From: Candidatus Cloacimonadales bacterium
GTDB lineage: Bacteria; Cloacimonadota; Cloacimonadia; Cloacimonadales; DAONDQ01
Assembly: GCA_963662275.1 (NCBI GenBank)
Contig: OY759316.1
Location: 736,001-800,000, forward strand
DNA: 64,000 nt
Direction: 5' to 3'
Shown piece by piece: positions 18,289 through 28,208 of this stretch. The notes under the pieces were generated by a model. The model worked only from the letters and a program-made list of their open reading frames with translations, was not told where the DNA came from and ran no database searches. Position 1 is the first letter of the stretch. Each line of letters begins with the position of its first letter. The position numbers were made by a program, and so were the translations under genes.

Positions 18289-20158
18289 ATAGGGGTAGGG
18301 GAGTAATCCATTACTGGCTCCCCTCCCTCCGAACCGTACGTGCGGTTCTCCCGCATACGGCTCTCCAGAAAACGAGTTCTCATTTAAGAGATTGACATAA
18401 TTCCTGATGGGCTTTGGTTAATGAGAAAAACCCAGCATTATCAAAGATGTAATTTGGATACCTGATATTGTCTTTTCCTGTGGCAATACCATAGCGCTTT
18501 TTCCTCTTTCTGAGGATACTGCGTAGCCTGTGTCTTACCCAGCCATCCAAGTTAGGAAAGACTGTTTTGTAACAGTGTTTGTAATACTCGAACCAACCTC
18601 TTTGAATCGGCTTGATTTTAGCTATTATGGTTTGTAAGCTGTGGGCATTACTGCGTCCGGTACATTTACGGATGCTGTCTTTGAACTTGTTGATACTCTT
18701 CTGTCTGGGGTATCTTTTACCCTTGAAGAAGTGGTATCCTAAAAATTCCACCGCTTCCGTTTCTGCGTCCAGTATTTTAGTCTTTTCAGGATGCAAAACC
18801 AGACCTGCTTTTTCAACCCATTCGCCTATTGTACATAAAGCCATTTCTGCTTCCTCTCGACTTTGACACATGACTACAAAATCATCCGCATAGCGTATCA
18901 TTCTATAGCCTTTGCCTGCCATAAGCCAGTCCAGAGGATTCAGATAAATGTTTGCCAGTAATGGACTGATAACTGCTCCCTGAGGTGTTCCCGTTTCCGG
19001 TGTCCAGGTTGACGTTGTATCCATTACTTTTTGATTCAAATAGTCATTGATAAGATTCAGAACTTTCCCGTCTGCTATCTTTTCTCCTACACGCTTCATC
19101 AGCTTGTCCTGCGGTATACTGTCAAAGTATCCTTTCAGGTCTGCATCCACAACAAAGACGTATCCCTGCTTGAGAAGTCCATCGACTTGTCTTAAAGCAT
19201 CTTTGCAGTCGCGTTTGGGACGAAAGCCATAACTGTGTTCGGCAAATCCCTGTTCAAATATCGGTTCGATTACATTGCGCAGTGCTGTTTGTACTACTCT
19301 GTCCGTGACGGTCGGTATGCCCAAAGGTCTCTTTTCCTTACTGCCCGGTTTATCTATCCAGACACGTTTGATTCCATTGGGTTGATACGCTTCCTTTTGC
19401 AACAGTTCGGAGGTTCGTACTAATCTTGCCAGCGCATGTCTTTTGTAGTGCTGGATGCTGACATTGTCGATACCGGCACTACCTCTGTTGGATGCCACGT
19501 GTTTCCAAGCTGATGCAAGGTTTGCCATGGCATATACCTTGTCTATCAGACTGAACCATTTTCCACCTTTGACGCCCATTTCGAGCGCTGCCAACATTTT
19601 GTCAGACCATACTGACGGTTCCACCCAACTCCATTGCGGAGGGATTTCTCGTTCTTGTTTAGCCGTTTTCGGCAATAATGAACGTTGATCTTCCATCAAT
19701 ACTCCTTTCAAAATTCATTTTCCTGTGCCCCTTCGCTACTTTCAGGTTATAGTGTCCTGAATATCATCGCTACTATGAACACTCTGACTCCTGCTGATGT
19801 CTCTTCCCATCAGCAGGTCTCATAGCTTGAGATAGAAACCTTCACAACATTCCGTCTCCAGTCACTTGATACAATCAGTACATGGCTTTTGCACGTCATC
19901 TCAGCCTGTCTGCCATCTTCCGGGGGAAACTCCGGTTCACCCGAAGTGCATCATTCCAGAAGATTTTGGTCTTCGCTTAAGGCTAGCAAGCTCGACATTG
20001 TATCCTGCCGAATCGAGTTCGTTATCCTACGGACTGCTGTTTCGTCATTTGTTACTCCCCACCCCATCTCACGATGAAGCAGTTACATAGACTACCAGGC
20101 ATGACGTAGCCTGAAATGGGACTTGCACCCATCCGATTTCTATCTATCACTATCGTAC
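18289..20158 (-). mobile_element. Complete group II intron (1870 nt) encoding an RT without endonuclease domain
   Basis: 5' end GTACG at 20158; DV GAGCCGTATGCGGGAGAACCGCACGTACGGTTC; DVI and 3' end CCTACCCCTAT at 18289; removing it restores an intact repeat unit (..TTGCTA|TAACACCCGGGCG..). Confidence 0.9.
18380..19696 (-). CDS. ltrA: Group II intron reverse transcriptase/maturase
   Basis: AGGAG RBS before ATG 19696; AGID, RPLGIPTVTDR, SYGFRP, GTPQGAVISPLLANIYL, RYADD, FLGY, RGWFEYY. Confidence 0.96.
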   Translation of the reverse strand: MEDQRSLLPKTAKQEREIPPQWSWVEPSVWSDKMLAALEMGVKGGKWFSLIDKVYAMANLASAWKHVASNRGSAGIDNVSIQHYKRHALARLVRTSELLQKEAYQPNGIKRVWIDKPGSKEKRPLGIPTVTDRVVQTALRNVIEPIFEQGFAEHSYGFRPKRDCKDALRQVDGLLKQGYVFVVDADLKGYFDSIPQDKLMKRVGEKIADGKVLNLINDYLNQKVMDTTSTWTPETGTPQGAVISPLLANIYLNPLDWLMAGKGYRMIRYADDFVVMCQSREEAEMALCTIGEWVEKAGLVLHPEKTKILDAETEAVEFLGYHFFKGKRYPRQKSINKFKDSIRKCTGRSNAHSLQTIIAKIKPIQRGWFEYYKHCYKTVFPNLDGWVRHRLRSILRKRKKRYGIATGKDNIRYPNYIFDNAGFFSLTKAHQELCQSLK

Positions 20159-20335
20159 TAACACCCGGGCGTAAGCCCGGCGGGAGAGACACAAGAATAA
20201 CGTGACACAATCTTCTTCTGCTGCTTCTTCTTCTTCCTTCTCCATCCCATCGGGATGTTCTTTCTATAACGCTCGGGCGTAAGCCCGGCGGGAGAGATAC
20301 AAGAATAACGTGACACAATCTTCTTCTGCTTCTTC

Positions 20336-22228
20336 GGAGATGTCCCGAAACTAGCATGATTTTATTTTCTTCTGTTGTAAAATATGTGATTGTTTTTACA
20401 GGCAAACTAAATTACTCAATAGTTTCCGAAAAGCGATGCAAAGACAAGGAAAAACGGAGTAATATTTACCTAATTCATGTTTGAATTCTGGTAGGAAGAG
20501 TCTTCATCAGGCTTTTCCTTCAGTATTTTGTAAGTGCAGAAACATTTTCCCTATATTATGTCCTAAAAAGAGGAGGGATAACTGTTCCTTGCATTTTCTC
20601 AATGAACGGACAGTAAATCTCTCAAACTTCCTGTTCCACTTCATGAAAGCAAATACAGCCTCCGGTTCGATGCCTCTTTGCTTTCTCAGCTTGTCGCCTT
20701 TTTCAGAAAGCAGATTATTGACTGTCTGACGTTTTAGTGGAGCTATATGAGGATCGTAGGTCAGTGATTTATGAGTTTTATCCTTGTAGGGAATACACTT
20801 TTTATTGTGAGGACATTCTCTGCAGTCATTACATATATAGGTTTTCACGATTCGTTTCGGACCGTTCTTCTCTGTCTCTTCTTCCTTGATTTTGACCAGT
20901 CTCCGATTAAATTGACAGACCCACTCATCATGCTCCTCATCATAGCTGAAGCCTGTCAGAAGAGAGTCCCGATAATCTCTCTTATAATCCTGGGTCTTGA
21001 GATAGCTTGTTATCTCTTTTTCAGCAGCATAATTCAAATTCAGCGCAGTGCCATAGGCAGCATCTCCAACAACGTCGGTAGGATATTGTCCCAATTCATC
21101 ATGCATTTGCTCCATGAGATTGGGAAATTCAACGGTTTCTTTAGGGATATTGAATAAGTGAATGCCTGTGACAAATTGCTCTGAAGTTCCGATACTGGCA
21201 ACATAACCCGGTGCCAGCTGTCCATTTTTCAATCGCATAAATGTGGCATCATTATCAGTCTTGGATGTGCTGCTGCGTCCTTCTCCAATTATCTCAAGCT
21301 GTTGCTCATATTTCTCCAGCTTAGTTATATCATTGCTCTTTGATTTGGAGATTTCGCGCAAAAGAGATTTGATTTTCTTGATAGCCCGAGTATCTGACGG
21401 ATGATTTTTCTGTAGTCGGGACATTGCTTCTTTCAGCTTGTTTTCTGCTGAGACCAGTCTATCTCTGATCTGTTCAGATGCGACTGTAGCAGTTTTCTCT
21501 GATTCAACCGCATGCAATTGCTCACCAAGCTCAAGAAGATCAGCGGTTCCATATTGCTGTTGCTCTTCCTGATTATATTCCTCGATCTTTTTAAACAATC
21601 CCTCAACTCGTGTCTTGACCAGTTCCTGATAACGAAGCGCATTGCTTTTCCAGATGTAGGAATTCTTGCCGGCATTTGCGTGAATCGTCGTCCCGTCAAC
21701 AAAACAGGTGTCGAGATCAAGATATCCTAATGATGATGCTTTCAGTACTACCTGATAAAATACATCAATAAGAATATCAGAACACTTAGTCCAGGCAAAG
21801 GTGTTGATCGTTCTGAAATCAGGTTCCTGTTCTCCTGCCAGCCAGATAAAATTGATGTTCTCCCGAACAGCCTTAGCTATCTTCCGACAGGTATAAATAC
21901 CATTGATATAGGCATACACAATGATCTTCAACATCATCTTGGGATGATAAGCAGGTGTACCTTCATCAGAGTATCTTGTGTATAGCTCAGATAAGTCCAG
22001 TTGCTCAACGACATCGTTAACATAACGAACCATGTGCTGGGGAGGTATTCTCTCTTCAATATTAAGTCCATAGAGTGTCCCCTGATTCGGATTGTGCTCT
22101 CTGAAATTCATAATTCTCTCTATGCTTAGTTTTTAAAGGCAACAATACACCCTATAACAATATGTCAAGTAATATGATTAATATTTAATAGTTGCTATTT
22201 TTCTATCATTTAGTTTCGGGACATCTCC
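20336..22228 (-). mobile_element. IS1182-family insertion sequence
   Basis: Perfect 18-bp terminal inverted repeats GGAGATGTCCCGAAACTA (20336-20353 and 22211-22228) around a single transposase. Confidence 0.92.
20507..22111 (-). CDS. IS1182-family DDE transposase
   Basis: AYHPKMMLK..PDFRTI (DUF772-like), VDGTTIHANA, TDNDATFM, GDAAYG, Cys-rich segment, IEPEAVFA.MK. Confidence 0.93.
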   Translation of the reverse strand: MNFREHNPNQGTLYGLNIEERIPPQHMVRYVNDVVEQLDLSELYTRYSDEGTPAYHPKMMLKIIVYAYINGIYTCRKIAKAVRENINFIWLAGEQEPDFRTINTFAWTKCSDILIDVFYQVVLKASSLGYLDLDTCFVDGTTIHANAGKNSYIWKSNALRYQELVKTRVEGLFKKIEEYNQEEQQQYGTADLLELGEQLHAVESEKTATVASEQIRDRLVSAENKLKEAMSRLQKNHPSDTRAIKKIKSLLREISKSKSNDITKLEKYEQQLEIIGEGRSSTSKTDNDATFMRLKNGQLAPGYVASIGTSEQFVTGIHLFNIPKETVEFPNLMEQMHDELGQYPTDVVGDAAYGTALNLNYAAEKEITSYLKTQDYKRDYRDSLLTGFSYDEEHDEWVCQFNRRLVKIKEEETEKNGPKRIVKTYICNDCRECPHNKKCIPYKDKTHKSLTYDPHIAPLKRQTVNNLLSEKGDKLRKQRGIEPEAVFAFMKWNRKFERFTVRSLRKCKEQLSLLFLGHNIGKMFLHLQNTEGKA

Positions 22229-22805
22229 GTTCTTTCTATAACGCTCGGGCGTAAGCCCGGCGGGAAAAGCTCTAAAATAACGGGACACTATCTTCTTCTG
22301 CTTCTTCTTCTTCCTTCTTCATCCCATCGGGATGTTCTTTCTGTAACGCTCGGGCGTAAGCCCGGCGGGAGAGGATCGAGAATACGGGACACTATCTTCT
22401 TCTGCTTCTTCATCCTATGGGGATGTTATTTTTATAAATGTACTCTGCTAGCCCAGGAAGTCCTTCCTGGGTTGAGATGGCACGACAACGTTTGAGTTCG
22501 GTAGGACGGCACAATACATATACCGAAGCAATCAACGCCTGAAGGAGTTACCACACAGGCTAAAGGAGTTGCCACCAATCGTATTACGGCTTGTTAAGCC
22601 GTTAATAGAGTGGTTGTTAACCCCGAATCTCTATATACCAGAACTTTGTAAGATGTTATGAGGTTTGGGTGAATCATAAATCTAAAACTTAAATTGATTG
22701 TTACTAATTCAAGTATTCTGCTGAAGTAATTTCGTTGACACATTTATTTAGAACATCATTACTGCCATAGAAATCGAAAATCATCATTTGAAGGGCAGTG
22801 AAAAT

Positions 22806-23660
22806 ATGGAAATTATTGATAGCTTTCATTCTTCAGTTCCCCAAATCCTATATAAATATCGCTCATGGTCTGATGTATATCACAAAAGATTATTAACAAA
22901 CTGTGAGTTGTATTTTCCATCTCCATTAAAATTCAATGATCCATTCGATAGTTGTGTTGCTTTAACACCTTATGGATCAAAATCAGATATTTTGCTCTTA
23001 GGAATCGAATTATTAAGGACTCAGAATCCAGGAATGCCTTATAAGGAAGCTTTGAAAAGAGCCAAGATAGTGAATAAAGAACAAAATTATAGAAATGAAG
23101 AAATGATAAAAGAACAACATAGGCAGATGCTTGAAAGCAATTACGGAGTATGTTCTCTAACCTCTGATTTTGATAACCTTGTTATGTGGTCTCATTACTC
23201 AAACTCTCATGAAGGATTTTGTATTGGACTGGATGTTGATTTATTAGTTCATGATATATATAGACAAATACCAGATTATTCTCCAGATAAACTATTCTTA
23301 TTATGCGATGAAGTAATTTATTATACAGATTATCCTGAACTATGGTACAAACTAGCTCCAAAAAATAATGATACTCGCACAATTGATGAAATATACAGAG
23401 AAGCTTTGCAGCCACTATTTGCCAAATCGAAACAATGGGAATATGAGAAAGAGTGGAGATTGATTACTTTTCAAAGAAATGATTTAACTTTAACTTTTTT
23501 CACTCCGGCAATCAAATCTATTTATCTTGGATGCAAAATGATAGCCAAGCATAGAGCAGAGATTTTGACTATCATCGAGCATAGGTATCCAGGACTACAG
23601 GTTTATCAAATGAAAATGAAAGCAAAGGAGTTTGGCTTAGATTATGAGCAAATTCTATGA
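22806..23660 (+). CDS. DUF2971-like protein
   Basis: LYKYR..FPSPLKFNDPFD, MWSHYSNSHEGFCIG, K...WEYEKEWR, IYLG motifs. Confidence 0.8.
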   Translation: MEIIDSFHSSVPQILYKYRSWSDVYHKRLLTNCELYFPSPLKFNDPFDSCVALTPYGSKSDILLLGIELLRTQNPGMPYKEALKRAKIVNKEQNYRNEEMIKEQHRQMLESNYGVCSLTSDFDNLVMWSHYSNSHEGFCIGLDVDLLVHDIYRQIPDYSPDKLFLLCDEVIYYTDYPELWYKLAPKNNDTRTIDEIYREALQPLFAKSKQWEYEKEWRLITFQRNDLTLTFFTPAIKSIYLGCKMIAKHRAEILTIIEHRYPGLQVYQMKMKAKEFGLDYEQIL

Positions 23661-23719
23661 ACAAAGATATTTTGACTATGCATATATGAGAATCTTAGTT
23701 ATAAATAAAAGGGAACCAT

Positions 23720-26700
23720 ATGTCGATTATAAATGAGTTTATCGATGCTTTGCAAATTGAGATTGATGAATGTAAGAAAGGAAAGGGCGGTAACAAGGTT
23801 TCTATTACTAATGGAATCTTAATTCGTCAGGATTCAGATTCGTTTATTTATGAGTTTTCAATGGATAGCATTCTACAGGTATTAGACGGAACCCCTGCCA
23901 GCATTGAAATCAGAGGAAAAGAGTATGAATGTGAAGTAATTTCAACAAATGGAAATAAAATACAACTTAACCTTCAACAACTTGTTGCTCAACAAGTACC
24001 ATCAGCAAAATTGAAAATCAATACTTGGTTTTTGTATGAAAGACTTAAGAAAAAATATGAAGATAATTTGAATTGCATTTCAAGATTCAATAATAGTATG
24101 AGATTCTTCGAAGGTCTGGATTCCAAAATATGCGATACAGAAGTAATACCTTCATATGTGGATAGAGAAGATTCGCTCAACCCTTCACAGAAAGAGGCTG
24201 TCAAATCTTCACTCAATGATTTCAAATCTATCATTTGGGGACCACCGGGTACTGGTAAAACCCTGGCAATTTCAAGAGCAATTGCAAATCATATTAATCT
24301 GGGTCGCAAAGTTCTTCTTGTTTCGCATTCAAACAATGCCGTTGATCAAGCGCTCATAAAAACAGCCGATTATATATATCAAAAACAACCAACGAATGAA
24401 TACTCAGAATTCAAGCTTGTTAGATTTGGAATTCCTCAAAAGGACAAATACGATGAGATAAAGAAAGATTTTAAGTTATTACTAATAGAAGATATAGTTA
24501 GAGAAAAGTCATTAGTGTTAGTTAAAGAGAAAGATGAACTAACACAGAAGTGTAATCAAATCAAAGAAATAAGGGAACAGTTTAGTTCTTATGACTCATA
24601 TATCCAAGAAAACGTAAGATTAACTACCAATTACAATAACGAAAAAACTCAGTTTGAATCTCAAAAAGAAGAACTTATCGAATTAAGAGAAAAGCATCAT
24701 TTACAAACTTTGAAGCTTTCAAAAGCTCAAACTGCTGGTATTTTGCAAAGGACTTTCTTAGGTTTGAATGAACAAAAGATACAAGTGAATTTACAGAATA
24801 TTCAAAGAAAAATTAATGAAACAGAAGTACTAATAAATAAATCAAATGTGCAGTTAAACATGCTTTCAAAAGATATCATTACTAATCAAAAGAATTTGGA
24901 AACCTCGAAATCAATTGTTTCCGCAAGATTGTTGGAACTGGGGAAAAGAACCATTGATATTGGGCATGAAATTTCTATTTTAACAAAAGAGTATGAAAAT
25001 TATCAGTTGCGTCTAAACATAATAAATCAAACAATCAACGATTTGAAAGCTAAAATACTTAGTGAAGCAATGCTCATTGCTACAACACTGACGAAATCAT
25101 ATCTATCAAAAGAACTTGAGAATTTGGATTTTGATATCCTAATCGTTGATGAAGTAAGTATGGCTCCAATGCCTATGCTTTTCTGGGCTATTTCAAAAGC
25201 AAAAAAAGGTGTTACTATTATCGGTGATTTCAAACAATTACCGCCGATATGTATTTCCAAAGATGAGTTAGCAATCAAATGGCTTGGTAAGAGCATTTTT
25301 GACTTGCTAAAAATTCACAACTATTCAAGCGCTCAAACCAACGGAGTTAAATTACTCGGAGAGCAATTCAGAATGAATAAATCAATTTGTGATTTAGTCA
25401 GATCAAATATATATGAGAATAAACTGCATGATTCTACTCATGTAAAAGATAATGTAATTCTTGATGGAATAAGTGGTACTTCTGCAATCTGTTTAATTGA
25501 TACTTCCCCGGCACAATCCATGGTGTTGTCAATTAGATGAGGGAGGAAGATATAACCCAATCAATGCAATGATCTGTATTTCATTGATAAAAATGATTTG
25601 GAATGATATTGTGAAAGATAAAACAATCGGGGTTATTACACCATATCGAAATCAAGCAAAGTTAATCCAAAAAATGATAGATGATGATAAGAAAATTAAA
25701 TCCAAAATCAGTGTTAATACTGTTCATAGTTTCCAAGGGGGCGAATTTGACATTGTCATTTTTGATAGTGTAGAAGGTGATGGAGCAAAAAAATGGTCGA
25801 TAATAAAAGACTCAGATAAACAAGATGCTCATCTTTTACTGAATGTTGCAATCACAAGGGCTAAATGTAAACTATATGTTGTATCTAATAAACAATATAT
25901 TGATAAATGTTTCGAAGCGAGTTCATTTTTTAGAATCACACTTAATGAAATAGTAGAGAATGGGATATCGGTATTATCAACAAGTGTGTTTTCAACTTTA
26001 AAAGACGAAAATTATGATAAATGGATAGATATAATCAACGCAAGAATCGATGAACCAATTCATTTTGGGAACGGGTTTTCTCATGATGAATTCTGGCCTA
26101 GTTTCCATAACGATCTACTAAAAGCAAAATCGGAATTAATTATCTTTTCTCCATTTCTTACAAGCGAACGATTAGGAAAACTACAATTACTATTAATTTC
26201 TTTATTAAAAAAGAACATAAAGATATATATAGTAACGCTTTCTCCAAAACAAGCACCGGCAATTATGAATGACACACCTATCGTTATTAGCAAATTGAAA
26301 GAATTAGGCATATGTGTTAAATTTCGAAATAACATGCATGAGAAAATCGCTATCATTGATCGTAACATTAAATGGATAGGTAGTTTGAATATATTAAGTC
26401 ATAATACCAGAACAGAATATATGGAGAGATTTGAAGGTGAAAAATCAGCAAAGGAATTGTTTGATAGGTTTGAGCTTGAAGATTTACTTATGAAACCTAA
26501 TATCAATGGTGAAAAGTGTCCTAGCTGTGCAAGTGGTTTCATAGAAACAAAATATAACCAACGTCAGAAGAAGTATTTTTATGGCTGTTCGGGTTTTCCA
26601 GATTGTGATTTTACTGCTGAAGTCTCGATTACAGCTTTAGATCAGATAAATTACCATCAAACAAAGAAGACAAACACAGTTACAAAATCAAACATGTCAC

Positions 26701-26843
26701 AAAAAGTAACAAAAAGTAGGGTATCCAAGAAACATGTTGGAGAGGATGAATATGAGACATCCGAATGTTACTGGAGAAAAGATAAAGCACCAGGTTTTAC
26801 TTATGCAGCTTCAAGAAATGAATGGTACAAAAAAAAGAAGTAA
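23720..26843 (+). pseudogene. SF1 (Upf1/DNA2-like) helicase fused to a PLD nuclease and a C4 zinc ribbon; split by a +1 frameshift near 25500-25513 (ORFs 23720-25540 and 25497-26843)
   Basis: WGPPGTGKT, SHSNNAVD, IVDEVSM, GDFKQLPP and QFRM in the first ORF; VITPYRNQ, TVHSFQGGE, NVAITRAK, HEK....D..GSLN and CPSC..GCSGFPDC in the second; deleting one base gives ...DTSPHNPWC... Confidence 0.8.
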
Positions 26844-26898
26844 TTCAATTTTTGATTTAATGACATGAAGCAATCAGCTTTGTTCTTTCAGATTAGTC

Positions 26899-26961
26899 AT
26901 GTCGTTTCTATCGACATGTTCCAATAACGTGTCGATTTTAGAGACAAAAAAACGACACGTA
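26899..26961. repeat. Palindromic direct repeat, copy 1 (downstream of fic)
   Basis: ATGTCG-N7-CGACATGTTC..ATAACGTGTCGATTTT-N-CGACACGTA, shared with 28147-28208. Confidence 0.85.
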
Positions 26962-26970
26962 TTGTTTCTG

Positions 26971-28053
26971 TCATGCAGTCAGTACTTTAATCAAAGCAGG
27001 ATGTTTATAGATAGTTTCTTTTCCAATTTTGGTTGATTCGAGAATGCCAATTCTTTCTAATTCTCGCAGATATACAGATGCAGCTTGTCTTTTTACAATA
27101 CCAGCCTCAACAAGAAAAGCTATCTTGCAATAAGGCTGACGAAAGATAAGCTCAATAAGCTCTTTAGAGTATATGGTTGGAAGTTGAGTTCTGCATTTTT
27201 CTACTGTTGAATCGAAAAGATCTCGAATGGTTATGATTCGATTTGTTGTCCAAAGGGCTGTCTGTTCAATTCCTTCCAGCATAAACACAATCCATGGTTC
27301 CCATTCTTCATATTCTGTAACTCTTTCCAGTAATCTGTAGTATTCGGGTTTATTCTGTATAATATAACGACTCAGATAGAGAACAGGAATTTGCAGCAAG
27401 CCTGAATTAACGAGTAATAGAATATTAAGAATTCTACCTGTACGTCCGTTCCCATCAGTAAAAGGATGAATCGCTTCAAACTGGTAATGACATACAGCCA
27501 TCCTGATCAAAGGGTCAAGGTCACTTTCTTTCAATATGAAATCTTCGAGATTCTGCATCAGCTCCTTAACTATTTTACCACCTGCGGGTGGAGTATATGT
27601 TCTGGTTCCTCTATTTGGGTTTCCAATGTAAACTTGTTCATTCTGTGTGCGGAAATTGAAAGGTTTGTCGTGGATAAGACTGCAGATTTCTTTAATCAAA
27701 GTCAATGATAGTGGTTTTGATGCCAACGATTCATATCCGTATTTAAGAGCTTTCCGATAATGAAGAACTTCTTTGGTAGGCTGGTCGGTAACATTTGATT
27801 CATCCAAAGTACCTCTGAACAGTTCATCCTGTGTTGTGACAATGTTCTCAATTTCAGAACTCAGCTTTGCTTCCTGTAAAGGAATTGCGTTAATCAGAAT
27901 TGCCTGGTCAGGAATAATGCCGCCACAGCCTTTCAATTCAGCTAACGCCCTGGTTGCAGAAAGACACTTTTTCAAGACTGCCTTGGTTTCAAGTTCGATA
28001 TTCGGTGGTAAGGGAGGTAAAACATCATAAGGTCTCTGTGGATCATTCTGCAT
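26971..28053 (-). CDS. fic: Fic-family adenylyltransferase (SoFic-like: N-terminal inhibitory helix, C-terminal HTH)
   Basis: Canonical HPFTDGNGRTGR motif; SSEIEN inhibitory motif; GGAGG RBS. Confidence 0.93.
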   Translation of the reverse strand: MQNDPQRPYDVLPPLPPNIELETKAVLKKCLSATRALAELKGCGGIIPDQAILINAIPLQEAKLSSEIENIVTTQDELFRGTLDESNVTDQPTKEVLHYRKALKYGYESLASKPLSLTLIKEICSLIHDKPFNFRTQNEQVYIGNPNRGTRTYTPPAGGKIVKELMQNLEDFILKESDLDPLIRMAVCHYQFEAIHPFTDGNGRTGRILNILLLVNSGLLQIPVLYLSRYIIQNKPEYYRLLERVTEYEEWEPWIVFMLEGIEQTALWTTNRIITIRDLFDSTVEKCRTQLPTIYSKELIELIFRQPYCKIAFLVEAGIVKRQAASVYLRELERIGILESTKIGKETIYKHPALIKVLTA

Positions 28054-28146
28054 TTTGATCCCTCCAATGTTGTACGAGATATGCTATAATCAGATATTCG
28101 GTATTATTTTGTCAAGAAACATAGCAGTATTTTCAATAAATTCGAT

Positions 28147-28208
28147 ATGTCGCTGCAAACGACATGTTCTCATAACGTGTCGATTTTGTGATTGAAAATC
28201 GACACGTA
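28147..28208. repeat. Palindromic direct repeat, copy 2 (upstream of fic)
   Basis: ATGTCGCTGCAAACGACATGTTCTCATAACGTGTCGATTTTGTGATTGAAAATCGACACGTA. Confidence 0.85.

Larger units (their letters stand above)
20159..22440. repeat. Array of ~105-108-bp REP-like double-hairpin units (4 complete cores plus partial ends), interrupted by IS1182 and extending left across the intron to ~18250
   Basis: Core TAACRCYCGGGCGTAAGCCCGGCGGGA at 20159, 20267, 22239 and 22344; second hairpin ATCCCATCGGGAT; CTT-rich linker. Confidence 0.88.

Noticed and set aside
18380..19696. RT as a retron, DGR or defence-associated RT
   Set aside because: It has the group II intron RT0-7 and X domains and is flanked by canonical DV/DVI and clean exon junctions.
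19891..19899. UGACGU (minus strand) as EBS1 pairing with the exon end GYGTTA
   Set aside because: It can pair through wobbles, but AUGACGUG is fully complementary to the loop UACGUCAU near the intron 5' end (20101-20108), so it is more simply the alpha-alpha' interaction.
19866..20405. Short ORFs at 19866, 19889 and 20052-20405
   Set aside because: They are translations of intron domain I RNA and the repeat units; the duplicated peptide simply mirrors the DNA repeat.
20159..22440. Repeat array as a CRISPR array or integron attC array
   Set aside because: The sequences between the conserved cores are near-identical rather than unique spacers, no cas or intI gene is present, and no cassette ORFs lie between units.
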